Shown piece by piece: positions 36,729 to 51,071 of a stretch of 64,000 bases of DNA (positions are counted from its first letter, which is position 1; each line of letters starts with the position of its first letter). Below the pieces are notes generated by a model. It was not told where the DNA came from, did not search any database, and saw only the letters and a program-made list of their open reading frames with translations. The stretch is from Octopus sinensis (lineage: Eukaryota): assembly GCF_006345805.1 (NCBI RefSeq), contig NC_042999.1, forward strand, positions 8,122,001-8,186,000. The letters are read 5' to 3'. The position numbers and the translations under genes are program-made.

Positions 36729-37779
36729 AGATATAGTGATCTGGATTCAATCACTAAATATTCCTGATACAAGGCACCGAGACATGAATAGGAAATGAAA
36801 ATTAGGTGCAAAGGAAACAGTCTCTGTTGGATACATAATGGACATTTGAGCTCAAATGGGTTGATAGCAGAACTGGGTGTTAGAAGAATTGGGAATTGGA
36901 TGTAGAGCGCAAGAGAATATGTGTGTGTGTGTGGGGCAAGGTACATGATGAGCAAGAAGCTTGATAGTCAGGTAAAGAAGAAAGGACAAATGTGAAAAAA
37001 AAAAACCTGTGGAGTGGCGGAGGGGGTGGAGGCACGGAAGGCAAGGGTGGGGGTGGGAGAATGGTCTCAGCGGAGTTAAACTCACAAAGAAGTTAACAAA
37101 GGACCAAAACTATAACCGTATACTCGACCTGACCTACTCAACTTAATCATTTGAAAACAGATGCAAAATGATGATGATAATAATGGTACTTTGCAAAAAG
37201 GTGGAACCGTACAAAATACGATAGAAACCAGGATAGTTTTAAAAAAAAACTTTATATTTAAAAAGATTTTAATTCTAAATATTCACATTTTACTTACTCC
37301 GGTTTATTTTTATTTTTTTGTTCTTTTTACGTTAGTTTGAAGATGAAGAATATTTTTTTTAGAATTTTCTAATCTTCATCAGCTTTTCTACTCTCCCAGT
37401 AAAAGAAAGAATGAAGAAAGAACAAAAGAACAAACAAACAAAATATTAAAAACACAAAACATATACAACAAAATCAAAGAAATATAGACAAAAATAAAAA
37501 GCTTCATCTGATTGAATCTGGAATTGCCGTTTCATTTCTTTGACAGAACAAATCGATAATTCTTAATGTAAGCTGGCAAATTTATTCTCCTCAACAAATT
37601 CACCTCCAATGTTTATCAGTTGCTAATGCATTTATATTAAATAAAATATGAAGGGTGGGCGGGTGAAGGGAGGAGCTTATAGGGGTGGAGGAACACCGAG
37701 AGAAAGAATAGTTTGCTTTCAACATGTCGGCAGGTAGATGGGTGTCTATAGAGAGATACATAGACATACATACATAAAA

Positions 37780-37818
<39 letters not shown>

Positions 37819-37865
37819 TGCACGCACACACACACACATGCATGCACACACACACGCACAGACAT

Positions 37866-38313
37866 GTCGTCATCATCATCATCATCATCATCGTTTTCCA
37901 TGCTAGCATGAGTTGGACAGTTCGACCGGGGTCTGGGAAGCCAGGAGGCTGCACCAGGCTCCAATCTGATCTGGCAAGGTTTCTACAGCTTGATGCCCTT
38001 CCTAACGCCAACCACTCCGTGAGTGTAGTGGGTGCTTGTACGTGCCACCAGCAAAGGTGCCAGGGCAGGCTGGCAACAGCTACGATCATTCGGTGCTTTT
38101 AATGTGCCACCGGCACGGAAGCCAGTCAAGGCGGCGCTGGCATCGACCACATATGGAAGGTGCTTTTTACGTTCCACTGGCACAGGTGCCAGGTGAGGTT
38201 GGCAACGGCCACGATCGTTTGGTGGTTTTTACGTGCCACTGACACAGAAGCCAGTCAAGGCGGCTCTGGCATCAGCCACATATGGATGGTGCTTTTTATG
38301 AGCCACCGGCACA
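37866..38313 (-). mobile_element. Family C repeat
   Basis: Reverse copy with about four tandem units. Confidence 0.82.
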
Positions 38314-38876
38314 GGTATTTGTCAGTTCCTTTGTTATTTGTCTGTTCCTTTGTTTAACATTTGTTTTTCCATGCTGGCAAAGGTTAGATAGGAAAGCATT
38401 GTTGAGACAATTTCTTTATAGCTGGATGCTCTTCCAGTCACTAACATCAACTGTTTTCACAGGAAAATGAAATTCTAATTAAAGTGGGATTCAAACATGC
38501 AAAAGATGGAAGACAGTTTGATACCTTTAAAGCCAGGAACTTTTCAGCACACCCTTGTTCATATATATATATATGTGTGTATATATATATATACACATAT
38601 ATGATGCGGTCACAGGAGTGTGACGAAAGAACTCTGGCCGAAATAAGATTAAGATTAATGTAAAAAATAAATAACACTGAAGCAAAATAACACCAAATAT
38701 ATAGTGCGTGTGTTTTTATTGGCTAAACTGGCAATATGACCATTCCGAAATATAACAATATATATATTTAAATATATATAGTTAATCCAAACAAGAAAGC
38801 ACAAAAATACACAACACGAGGACGTGGAACAAATATAGTATTATTGGACGCTCAGGAAAGAAGGAAAGAAGGAGGG

Positions 38877-38907
38877 TTTAACGTTTCGAGCAGAGCTCTT
38901 CGTCAGA
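38877..38907 (-). ncRNA. Minimal hammerhead motif (family H2-related, canonical core) at the end of a pLTR-like repeat
   Basis: Minus strand: CTGACGA-a-GAGC(tct)GCTC-GAAA-CGTT-aaa. The 5' strand of stem I is truncated in this copy. Confidence 0.65.
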
Positions 38908-39626
38908 TATATACATGTATATATATCCCTGTACCTGTATATTTCTCCACACTCTTCAGAATTGGTGTTGTGTCATTCGGTGTTGTGTAACTTTTGGGGT
39001 TTCTATAATCATCTAAGTCACTGGGTCTTAACCATCTTTGTAGCCCCACCGGCCACTTTTATGTAGCTGTTATGCCCCAAGTCCACCTAAGAGGCAAGTA
39101 AGGCATCACAGCTAAACTAACTTCCCATGGATGATAATTCATAAATTTTACACTGAAAAATAGATTATTTTAACAGAGAAATGATAAAAAAATTAACAAG
39201 GGCGAAAGTTGTAAAATGACTTTAAACATTACAAGTTAATGACCCCCACCCACCCCCTGTGCCTGATGAGATCTCATTTTATTTTAATAACCATTACTAG
39301 TTTTTGCCAGGTATAATATAATTACTATTATAGGTAAAATTTAATATATTATATTACCTCACTACCATCCACACTAACCCCTTGCCCCTCAGCATGCTTT
39401 TCTGTTGGTACCACCCAGATTGAGAACCTCTGATCTAAGCCATTACAAGTTTGGCTCCAGCATTGCCACAATCCTGTTTCGACTAGGACAGAATTTAAAT
39501 AGAGATGAGCCAAACATAGAACATCATAGGATAACAAAACTAAGTCTTGGTAAGAATGGATTCATTCTGAACTGAAAACGAAAGCTTTGAGACAAAACAC
39601 AGGATGGAGATTGTTTTATGTATGTA

Positions 39627-39672
<46 letters not shown>

Positions 39673-39702
39673 TATGTATGTGTGTGTGTGTGTATGTGTG
39701 TA

Positions 39703-39745
<43 letters not shown>

Positions 39746-39936
39746 GTGTGTGTGTGTGTATGTTCGATCACAGCACCAGTAACAGTTAAGCTTCGTGCAA
39801 TGGCCATACTCGATAACAAGGGGGCAGCCATAATGTATGTATGTATGTATGCATGCATGCACGCATGTATGTATGTGTTATGTATGTATGTAAGAGAGAG
39901 GAGAGAAATTGAGGGAGAGGAAGATATATATATATA

Positions 39937-40252
39937 TGGTGGCACGTAAAAAGCACCATCCGAACGTGGCCGATGCTAGCGCCGCCTTGACTGGCTTCCG
40001 TGCTGGTGGTATATAAAAAGCACCAACCGATCATGGCTACTGCCAGCCTCCCCTGGCACATAGAAAGCACTCACTTCACTCACGGAGTGGTTGGCATTAG
40101 GAAGGGCATCCAGCTGTAGAAACACTGCCAGATCAGACTGAAGCCTGACGCAACCTCCTGACTTCCCAGACCCCGGTTGAACCATCCAACCCATGCTAGC
40201 ATGGAAAACGGATGTTAAACGATGAAGACGATGATGATGATGATGATGATGA
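39937..40252 (+). mobile_element. Family C repeat
   Basis: Units, tail and (GAT)n. Confidence 0.82.
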
Positions 40253-41064
40253 TATATATATATATTACCATTAAACAACATTCTATTGATTTTTATTTAG
40301 CTTTCTTCAGTGTCAGATATCTTCCAATCCTTCAATTTATGGACGACAGGCATTAGATGGATTCTGAGATATCCATGTCTGCATATTGCATAAATATTTA
40401 CATATTCTACTAGTTCTGCAAATATATTTTGCAATCCTTCAGTTCTCTGAATGAAAACATGTCTGCATTCATGCGTGTGTGTGGTGCGGGAAGTTGTAAG
40501 TAAGCAAAATCTGTCGCTATAGATGTGTGTGTGTGTGTGTTCGTGTTTCACAGGAAAACAAACTGTAGTGACGATGTTATTCCACCCATTCTGGTCCATG
40601 GTTCCGATCTTAGCATGCTTGAGGTTGAGGGGCTGTGACTTCAGGTCTTCCTCAATTCGTTAATAATCCTTTCCACAAAAGGCACAAGGCCTGAAATTTG
40701 GAAGAGGGGCGAGGAGATGGTGGTGGTGGGGGGGGGGGGGTGCTGCTAGTCAATTACTTCTTCCGCAGTACTCAAACTGGTACTTAGTTTATTGACCCCT
40801 GAAATGATGAAAAGCAATGTTCCCTCAGTTGAATTTGAACTCAGAACAAGTGAAATACTGCAAAGCATTTCACCCAGTGTACAAACAATTCTACTAGCTC
40901 ACCGCTTTTTGCTTTAACAAATCATTTTCTTTGATCCTATATTTCTTCTATCTAACAACCCCGCCTCTCCCCCCACACCAAACTCTTCTTCCTAATATTT
41001 CTAAAAGGGGGAATATCAGGGAATGCTGTTGCGGAAGTTCTTCAAGCAAAATATCTAAAAGGAA

Positions 41065-41348
41065 GCCAGGGCCACCTTGACTGGTTTCCATGCCGGTGGC
41101 ACGTAAAAATCACCAACCGATTGTGGCCGTTGCCAGCCTCGCTTGACACCTGGGCCAGTGGCATGTAAAAGCACCCACTACACTCACGGAGTGGTTGGCA
41201 TTAGGAAGGGCATCCAGCTGTAGAAACACTGCCAGATCAGACTGGAGCCTGGTGCAGCCTCCTGGCTTCCCAGTTCCCCAGTCGAACCGTCCAACCCATG
41301 CTAGCACAGATAACGGACGTTAAACAATGATGATGATGATGATGATGA
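41065..41348 (+). mobile_element. Family C repeat
   Basis: Units, tail and (GAT)n. Confidence 0.8.
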
Positions 41349-42546
41349 TGAAGAAATTCTCAGTGAAGACTTTGCCAACAATGGCTAATAAATTAATAAT
41401 GTTTACATTGAGAGGCAGATGCATGTCTGCAAGTTGTCTGTGTTCTTGCCAAAACCTGACTCCATTGATATTAATCGTTACATCATTATTATATTCTCCT
41501 CTCACATGAATTACTGACCAGATATATCTTCCTACCCCTCGTTCATTGGACGATGAACTTAGCTTGCGAAGACTTATTGAGGCAAGTGAAATCAAAGTCA
41601 AAATCTCTGACATGGCCGATGACAGTACCGCCTCATTGGCACTTGTGCCAGTAGAATGTTAAAAGCACATTTGAGTGTGATCATTGCCAGGGCTGCGGAT
41701 TGGCTCCCATGAAAAGCACCATTCGAGCCTGATGAAGAGTGTAGTGGGTGCTTTTATATGCCACCAGTACGAGGACCAGTCAGGCGGTACTGGCAACGAC
41801 CATGCTCAAAAGGTGTTTTTTATGTGCCACCTGCATGGGAGCCAGTCTGACAGCACTGGCAACGACCCTAGTATGCAACTGCTACTTAATTTATCAACCC
41901 TGAAAGAATGAAAGGTAAAGTCGACTTTGGTGGAATTTGAACTCAGAACGCAATGGCAGATGAAATACAATTAAGCATTTCGTCCAGCATGCTAAGGATT
42001 CTGACAGCTCACCGCCTTAGTCCAGGTGCAAAAATCATGCCAAAACTAAACCTCACCTGTGTTGGTGCCACGTAAAAAGCACTAATTTCACTCTGCAGAG
42101 TGGTTGGTGTTAGGAAGGGCATCCAGCCATAAAAACCCTACCAAGCAAGCACAGAAGTTTGGTGCAGTCTTCTGCCTGACCAGCTGCTGTCAAACTGTCC
42201 AACCCATACCAACATGGAAGATGGACATTAAATGATGATGATGATGATGATGATATGGTTCTCTCCCCTCACACTCATATAGTTCTTTCTCTCTGGCTGC
42301 TGATGATGATGTGGATGACGATGCATACAAACATACAGCTTCCATTATGAATTATTCCCTTCAACTATTGGCTGAAGATCGAAATGATTCCGACCCCAAC
42401 TGGACCACTCTCTTCCCTTCTGTTATCCATGCATCTTAGAACCTTGCTGTTGCTGTATCCATTCCAAACATTCAACAGTTATTTTGCTACTATTTAGTCA
42501 GAAAGATCTGCTCTTTTTGTCGCTTTGGTCTTTCTCTTATCAACAA

Positions 42547-42946
42547 CTAGCAGTATCAACCCTTGCGTTGCTCGGGTTTGTAAGGGAAATAACTATATAA
42601 GCATTTTTAGAGAGTTAATAGCCAAAAATAGCAAAAAAATGCATTAAAACTGGAAAAAAAATGATGGTAATATTTTTTTTTAAATCGTTGACTCATCGTA
42701 GACATTTTTAGAGAGTTACTTCCTTATATAATAGCGAAAAAATGCATTAAAATGGAAAAAAATGATGGTAAATTTTTTTAAAAATCGTAGACTCATCTTA
42801 GACGCGTGCTAATACCCAGAAGGGCTCGATATGAATCACGACTATAAGATACCCAGTTTTGGTTAAACTGCACTGCAAAATGTGGGAGTAGTTAGGAATC
42901 TAAATCGTAGGAGACAGACACACAACTTGAGTTTTATATATAAAGA
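42547..42946 (-). mobile_element. Non-autonomous Helitron
   Basis: Reverse copy of the 7428-7823 family, with TC start at 42946 and CTAG end at 42547. Confidence 0.85.
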
Positions 42947-43315
42947 TGAAACATCTTCAGTTTCCTTTTTTCGATTTACAAACCATTTTTCTACCAACCT
43001 TTTAAGCCTAATGGCCAAGAGATAAAACATGATGAGTCTTGCTTTGAACCCATCACAACCTACTTCGATTGGAAATACCATGTCTGCCACCCTTCAGCCT
43101 CAAACAACCCCCCTCCCCCCCACAACATTTCTTTGTGATTCTGGCCCATCCTTTCATGTACCTCCTTCCATTTACTCTCCGAACACTTCTTTGATTTCAC
43201 AATCAGGAATTGAAATGTCTGCAGATGAACAGCAAAATCTACTGGGAAAAGAAAAAAAAAACCAAAAATATAATTATATGTCTAACTTTTTTAAATAAAT
43301 ATCTATATGGATCTT

Positions 43316-43600
43316 ATCATCATCATCATCATCATCATCTTTGTTTAACGTCTGTTTTCCATACTGGCATGGGTTGGACAGTTCGACTGAGGACTGGCAA
43401 GCCAGGAAGCTGTACCAGGTCCCAATCTGATCTGGCAGTGTTTCTACAGCTGGATGCCCTTTCCTAACACCAACAGCTCCAAGAGTGTAGTGGGTGCTTT
43501 TACGTGCCACTGGCACAGAAGCCAGTCAAAGTGGCACTGTCATCGGACACATTTGGATGGTGCTTTTTAAGTGCTACCTGCATGGGGCACACAACTACAA
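43316..43600 (-). mobile_element. Family C repeat
   Basis: (CAT)n followed by the reverse tail. Confidence 0.78.
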
Positions 43601-43759
43601 TTTTCATTTGATTTGATTTTGATGTACTTGACTCAATAGGTTTCCTCAAGCATGGCATGTCTCCCTACAATCCAAAGGTACTTCTGAGTTGGCTGGTTAT
43701 GCGACACAGGTGTAGTTACAGCTGTGGACTCACTTTATTTGCTGGGTCTTCTCAGCATA

Positions 43760-43784
43760 ATATATATGTCTATATATATATATC

Positions 43785-43844
<60 letters not shown>

Positions 43845-43862
43845 TATATATTATATATATAT

Positions 43863-43906
<44 letters not shown>

Positions 43907-43930
43907 TGAGAGAGAGAGAGAGAGAGAGTT
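43760..43930. repeat. (TA)n-(TAGA)n-(GA)n compound microsatellite
   Basis: Seen directly in the sequence. Confidence 0.95.
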
Positions 43931-44379
43931 TATTTGGAGGTTAACAAGGCTACCAATTGTTTCATGTGAGGGAGATCTCAATTTTTAAGCCTGCTACAGT
44001 CTCGTGTAACTTTGTGTATTCTCACCCAAAATAAAGACATGTACCGATGTTCCCATGTGGCAAGCTTGAAACGTGTTAAGGGATCTTCAATACATGAAAC
44101 CGTTGGTAGCCTTGTTAATCCACGAACAAAAAGTATTTATTCACCAATGAGGTATTGAGCATTCTTTCTCATTGTTTGATATCAGTGTTCAGTGTGTGTA
44201 GTTGTGTGTGTATATCGTGTGTATGTGTGGGGGGTGTCGTGTGTGTGGATGTTACGTGTGTCTGTGTGTCTTGTCATGTGTGTGGGGGGTGTCGTGGGTG
44301 TGTGTGCATGCATAAACACACACACATGTTACATGTGCACAATTATTAACGTAATGTATATTGTCGTTTATCTATCTAT

Positions 44380-44474
44380 CTATATATGTGTGTGTGTGTG
44401 TGTGTGTATATATATAACATTAATATATAAGTACATAATATATGTTTACCCTATACATGTATGTATACATATTA

Positions 44475-44505
<31 letters not shown>

Positions 44506-44562
44506 CATATATATATGTATATATGTATGATATATATATATGTGTATATATATATAATATAT

Positions 44563-44605
<43 letters not shown>

Positions 44606-44633
44606 TATATATGTATATATAATATATATATTA

Positions 44634-44711
<78 letters not shown>

Positions 44712-44737
44712 TTATATATATATATATGTATATGTAT

Positions 44738-44780
<43 letters not shown>
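44380..44780. repeat. Long (TA)n microsatellite
   Basis: Seen directly in the sequence. Confidence 0.95.
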
Positions 44781-44782
<2 letters not shown>

Positions 44783-45230
44783 CCGCCAGCCTCGTCTGGC
44801 ACCTGTGTCGGTGACACATAAGGAAACACATCCGAGCGTGGCCGTCAGCCAGCCTCGTCTGCACCTGTGTCGGTGGCACATAAAAAACACCATCCTAGCG
44901 TGCCGTCCGCCAGCCCCGTCTGGCACCTGTGTCGGTTCCACATAAGAAACAAACACCATCCGAGCGTGGCCGCCGTCACAGCCTCGTCTGGCACCTGTGT
45001 CGGTGCACATAAAAAACACCATCCGAGTGTGGCGTCTGCCAGCCTCGTATGGCACCTGTGTCGGTGGCACATAAACACCCTACACTCTCGAGTGGTTGGC
45101 GTTAGGAAGGGCATCCAGCTGTAGAAACACTGCCAGATCTGACTGGCCTGGTGCAGCCTTCGGGCTTCCCAGACCCCGGTTGAACCATCAACCCATGCTA
45201 GCATGGAAGCGGACGTTAAACGATGATATG
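44781..45230 (+). mobile_element. Family C repeat with five tandem about 60-nt units
   Basis: cacctgtgtcggt occurs five times before the conserved tail. Confidence 0.82.
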
Positions 45231-45317
45231 ATGATGATATATATTATTATATATATATATATAAATATGTATATTTATATATATATATATGTATATTTAT
45301 ATATGTAATTATATATT

Positions 45318-45350
<33 letters not shown>

Positions 45351-45360
45351 GATATATATC

Positions 45361-45392
<32 letters not shown>

Positions 45393-45460
45393 TATAATAT
45401 ATATATATTATATATATATATATTATATATATATATATATATGTGTGTTATATATATATA
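45230..45460. repeat. (TA)n microsatellite
   Basis: Seen directly in the sequence. Confidence 0.95.
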
Positions 45461-46409
45461 CATCAAATGAAAGTGACAGGATTTTATGTAAGAAACACGG
45501 AAATTTTGTTCAGTTAAAATAGTCACAGCAAAATGAGCAAATTATAAATTTCCTCTGTGAATCTGGAAAGAGTTCAGTAACTCGGTGGATGACTTCTTAG
45601 AGAGATCAATATCAATTAATGGTTTGCAGTTTCTCATTTCTTCAGAATGAAGCTTCATAGCAAAAACATCCAAATTGAAGTTTTTGATGTTTGAAATTGG
45701 AGTTCTTCTATCAGGGACCTGCTGAGATCAGCGCTAAACAGTGTCGTCTATTTTGAATGATTTCCTTGATTCAAAAGTCTTGTTTTTTTTTTTCTTGAGA
45801 AATAGATCAAAAAGGTTCTTGATAAAGATATTAGAAACAGGTGAGTAAGCAAAAATGCTAGCATTCTTTTATCTTTTCTTTCTAAGCTGATGCTGGATTG
45901 CTAATTTTAGTTTTTATCCATCCAATGTTGGTTAAAATGGAGATGCAGGATTTAGTAACGTGTGTGCAAGTTCTGATAAAACTCCATCGCATTAACGGCT
46001 ATTCTCAGAAGCAGCAGAGCTGCAAAAACGGAACAGGTTCTTTGTTGTTTAGTTCCAGGTCAGTGCTGATCAAACAGATTTAAGATGAAAGACATTCCAG
46101 CTATGACCATCATGGCATTTACTATATCCAGGACAACATTATCTTACCGTATCTTAAAATGGTAGAAGGAAATTTGAAGCTGCTATTTTTAGCATTTCTA
46201 ATGACTAGTGCTGGTTTCAACTACACTATGACTCCCCCACCCCACCCCGTGTCGGTTTCTTCACATCCCCGCAAAGAGACCAATTGAAAAGAACCAGCCT
46301 TAAAAATTAAAGAGATGTGGTTGATTTGTTTGATCAAAAATTCCACAACCTGGTGCCCCAGCATGGCCACAGTTTAGTGACTGAATCAAGTAAAAGTTAA
46401 AAGATATAC

Positions 46410-46808
46410 TCTTTTACTTGTTTCAGTTATTTGACTGCGGCCATGCTGGAGCACCGCCTTTTAGTCGAGCAAATCGACCCCAGGACTTATTCTTTTGTAA
46501 GCCCAGTACTTATTCATCGGTCTCTTTTGCCGAACCGCTAAGTGACAGGGCATAACACACCAGCATCGGTTGTCAAGCAATGCTAGGGACAAACACCACA
46601 GACACACAAACACAACACGCATATATATATATAATATACATTATACGATGGGCTTCTTTCAGTTTCCGTCTACCAAATCCACTCACAAGGCATTGGTCGG
46701 CCCGGGGCTATAGCAGAAGCCACTCGCCAAAGGTGTCACGCAGTGGGACTGAACCTAGAACCATGTGGTTGGTAAACAAGCTACTTACCACACAGCCACT
46801 CCTGCGCC
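46410..46808 (-). mobile_element. SINE family A
   Basis: Full-length reverse copy. Confidence 0.85.
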
Positions 46809-47848
46809 TATATATATCATATATATATCATCATCATCATTGTTTAATGTCGGTTTTCTATGCTGGCATAGGTTGGACGGTTTAACTGGAGACTGGCATA
46901 CCAGGAGGCTGCACCAGGCTCCAATCTGATCTGGCAAGGTTTCTACAGCTGTATGCCCTTCTTAGCGTCAACCCCTCTGAGAGTGTAGTGGGTACTTTTT
47001 ATGTGCTACCAGCATGGGAGCCAGTCAGGTGGGCCTGGCATGGACCATGCTTGAATGGTGCTTTTTACATGCCACTTGCACAGGAGCCAGTAAGGCAGCA
47101 TTGGTGTCAAAGGCAGCATATATATATATATATATATATAAAATACAAAAATGGGACAAGAGTGCAAAACATCTACACAGCTAAGTGATACAAAAAAGGG
47201 ACACCAAAACACCCAGACAGGCAACACAAAGATAACAAGGATGGGTCATTCGGAGTTGGATGGTTTTACAGAAGCTTGCAAGGTTGGGTGCCATACTAGT
47301 CTTGGTTTCCGCTACAGCTAGACGCCCTTCCTAATGCCGATCAACACCAGTGCTTTTTACATAGCACCAGCACCGATGCCTCTTTTTCTTTCTTATGTGG
47401 CACCAGCACGGACAGGGTCACCTAGTACTTTGCAAGCCCAAAGATGCACAAACCCCCTCAGCTGGGAGAGTGAGTATTATTGAGGCCATTTGAGAGATTA
47501 AAGGTACAGAGGAACATAGATAGGTGCCTTGCTGGTTGGTCCATGGATATTCCAGTTGGAAAAGAAAGAAGAGTGGGTTAGAGAATAATACGGTGTTGAT
47601 GTTTTATTTATCCAATACCTACATTATTGTATGACGAATATACTACGTCTTAACATCTCCATCCATAACCAGATAAAGATTTCACCATAGAATGGAAATG
47701 CAGAAGAGAAGACTTAACCAAACCTATTAGGCATAATTGGATATTTATATATAATTAAGTATTTGATAGAATTCTTGCATGTCACAGACTTCTTCGCATA
47801 ATTTCAGAGAAAAAAGAAACAGACCAAACTAATAACTGGAATGGCACC

Positions 47849-47882
<34 letters not shown>

Positions 47883-48271
47883 ACTACAGCAACTGCAGCA
47901 GTAGGAGATTCAGCAGTAGCAGCATCCATGGCAGTACTAGAGTTGGAACAGTCATAGAAATTGTAGTTTGGTGCAGTTGGTACGGTTGTTTGTTTCCTAA
48001 GTCAACTCTGATCAAATGGACTTATGACTAAAGATGTTTCACTTTTAGTCTATATATATCTAGGGATACATCATGTAAAATGTTCATTTAAAAAGACATC
48101 TTCATCATCGTCTTTTAACATCCACTATTCCCTGCTTGCATGGGTCAAGGGAATTTGTTGAGGCAACGTTTTTAAGGTGGGGTACTCTTCCTGTCACCAA
48201 CACTTACCTGCTTGTATGACAGTGATGTTCATTTACAATTATCATGTGATATCAAGTCAAGGGTGTACATT

Positions 48272-48667
48272 CTTTTCTACTCTAAGCACAAGGCCTGAAA
48301 GTTTGGGGGAAGGAGCCAGTCGATTAGATCAACACCAGTACACAACTGGTACTTAATTTATCAACCTTGAAAGAATGAAAGGCAAAGTTGACTTCGGCAG
48401 AATTTGAACTCAGAACGTTTAGACAGTCGAAATATCTATTTCTTTACTAACCACAAGGGGCTAAACACAGAGAGGACAAACAAGGACAGACAAATGGATT
48501 AAGTCGATTACATTGACCTCAGTGCATAACTGGTACTTAATCTATTGACCCCAAAAAGATGAAAGGCAAAGTCAACCACGGCAGAATTTGAATGCAGAAC
48601 GTAACGGCAGATGAAATACTGCTAAGCATTTCACCCGATGTGCTAACGATTCTGCCAGCTCGTCGCC
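48272..48667 (-). mobile_element. SINE family B, long dimeric form
   Basis: Head, central domain, tail 1, duplicated central domain, tail 2. Confidence 0.82.
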
Positions 48668-49529
48668 TTGTCAAGGGTGCACATTACTACATACATATAC
48701 ATTAATTACAAGAAATCTCTTACTGTTTCTGTTGGCCAAATCCACTCACAAGTCTTTGGTTTGCCCAGAGCTATGGAAGCCATATGCATAAAGTGCCACA
48801 ATCTGGGATTGAACCCAGAACCAAGACTACATAAGTGGGGAGCAAGCCTGTTAAGCATACAGCCATGCCTTCACCTATATTTATTTAGTTACTGCTATTT
48901 CTAGCAAACCAATCTACCATCTCTATGTTCCTTCATTGGCTTTGGTAGAAGAAGTGAAACCAGCAGAGCAATGCTGTTAATAATCAAAATACGAAAATTT
49001 CAAAACAGAAAGTTATTCCAACTTTTATATCGTGAATTACTTTAATAAAAAAATTATTTTATATTTCTATATTTCATTCTTGCTAATTAGCTTTTTAGGT
49101 ATTAATTACTTAATATTTAAAACAAGTGAGATAACTATGATATATTTAAATATCTCATGATTTTACTCAAGCTTTTCAGGTAATGAAATTTTGCATTTGA
49201 TAAGAAGCTCTGGAGAGTTAACCGACTTGAAGATTTAGATTAAAATTAATCAGACAATTAACTAAATTTTAATTTGGTTTAGAGTGAAGCTCATACTTTA
49301 CTTTGTTGCTTGCCAAATATAATGTTCCATGCTTGGTCAGTGACAAAATATTGTATTAGAGTGAATTTAGTTTAATACGTTTAAATGTGTGATGGAGGAA
49401 TTGGTGATGGAAGAACAGGGGAAAAAAAATTAAGACAAGAAAGCCTAACGAGAAGTTTTCCTCTCAGACAAGATTGAGGAGAGAAACTGCAATTCTGGGT
49501 TTGACAGCAACGTTGTATGATGGGTTACT

Positions 49530-49941
49530 CTTTTATTCTTTTACTTGTTTCAGTCATTTGACTGCGGCCATGCTGGAGCACCGCCTTTAGTCGAGCAAAT
49601 CGACCCCGGGACTTATTCTTTTGTAAGCCCAGTACTTATTCTATCGGTCTCTTTTGGCGAACCGCTAAGTGACGGGGACGTTAACACACCAGCATCGGTT
49701 GTCAAACAATGCTAGGGGGACAAACACACACAAACAAACACACACGCATACACATATACACATATATATACATATATACGACAGGCTTCTTACAGTTTCC
49801 GTCTACCAAATCCACTCACAAGGCATTGGTCGGCCCGAGGCTGTAGCAGAAGACACTTGCCCAAGATGCCACGCAGTGGGACTGAACCCAGAACCATGTG
49901 GTTGGTTAGCAATCTACTTACCACACAGCCACTCCTGCACC
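49530..49941 (-). mobile_element. SINE family A
   Basis: Full-length reverse copy. Confidence 0.85.
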
Positions 49942-50379
49942 TATATATAACATTTCTTAGCAAAGACATGTGGCTTAGTGGTGAGGGTGTTCAGCCTCAG
50001 GCTGTAAGTTTGGAAGTTCGATTCCTAGCAGTGCATTGTATCTTTGAGCAAAACACTTCATTTCACGTTTCTCCAGTCCACTCAGCTGGCGAAAATGAAT
50101 TATATTTATATTTCAAAGGCCAGCCTTGTTCCATTCTGTGTCTCGTTACACATACCTGTGGAGTGCCCAGCTACCTGCACATTAATGCACATTAATGCCG
50201 TGAGCAGGTTGACCCATTGATCAACTGAAACCCTCATCAGTGTATCCAGCAGTGTACCACTCATAACATTTCTTGCTGAGCACATTTTACTTATCTTTAC
50301 AAGATTAGGCCACATTATTCTACTTCACAGCCCAGTCAGACCTGGTTTTATTTTCGGACAATGTTCTCATCCTTTTTAT

Positions 50380-50680
50380 CATCATCATTTAACGTCCGCT
50401 TTCCATGCTAGCATGGGTTGGACGATTTGACTGAGGTCTGGCAAACCAGACTCCAATCTGATCTGGCAGAGTTTCTACAGCTGGCTGCCCTTCCTAATGC
50501 CAACCACTGTGTGAGAGTGTAGTAGGTGCTTTTATGTGCCAGTTTGGTGGTGCTGGCAATGGCCACACCCAAATGGTGCTTTTTACGTGCCACCTGCACA
50601 GGAGCCAGTCCAGTGGCACTGGCGACGACCTCGCTCGAATGTTTCACATGCCACTAGCACAAGTGCTAGGACGGCGACAC
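50380..50680 (-). mobile_element. Family C repeat
   Basis: Reverse tail plus units. Confidence 0.78.
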
Positions 50681-51071
50681 GGTCTTTTTCTTCATGATTA
50701 TTAATACACACTTTACACATTTGATAGGGATTTAGATGGGATATCAATCTGCACTAGAATCCTGCTGGGTTTGTTGTAGATCCACTTGATTTAGAGTTTA
50801 GATTAAACATAACCAAATGAAATTTACCATTGTAAGACTAATTCAGGTTGAATTCGTTGGAAGTTGTAATTATTGAGTTCATGAAATTGTCAGCTGTGTA
50901 GTCTTCCTTTCTCTTTCAAGCTCTTTGAAATAAAGAGTCCGTCATCTCTGTACAGTTTTGCAATTGAAGCCTTTAAAAGTTCTCCCATTCATTTACAAAG
51001 AACAAGTTTCCCAGCTTTCATAATTTGCCCCTTGTGAGAAAGCTGCCCATAGGGTCCAAAATATATTACCA

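Noticed and set aside
44442-44945. Long ORFs in the track such as 44442-44945, 56950-57465, 39587-39949 and 62476-62805
   Set aside because: Translations of (TA)n, (TG)n and (CT)n microsatellites, which lack stop codons in some frames.
44781-45075. HDV-like ribozyme in family C units (GCC-tcgtct-GGC resembles HDV P3/L3)
   Set aside because: L3 is 6 nt and lacks the UYCHCG pattern, and I found no P1 partner for the following ACCTGTG and no J4/2 catalytic C arrangement.
45545-45790. Possible extra exon or antisense coding segment
   Set aside because: No frame gives a recognisable domain or a phase-compatible splice pair.
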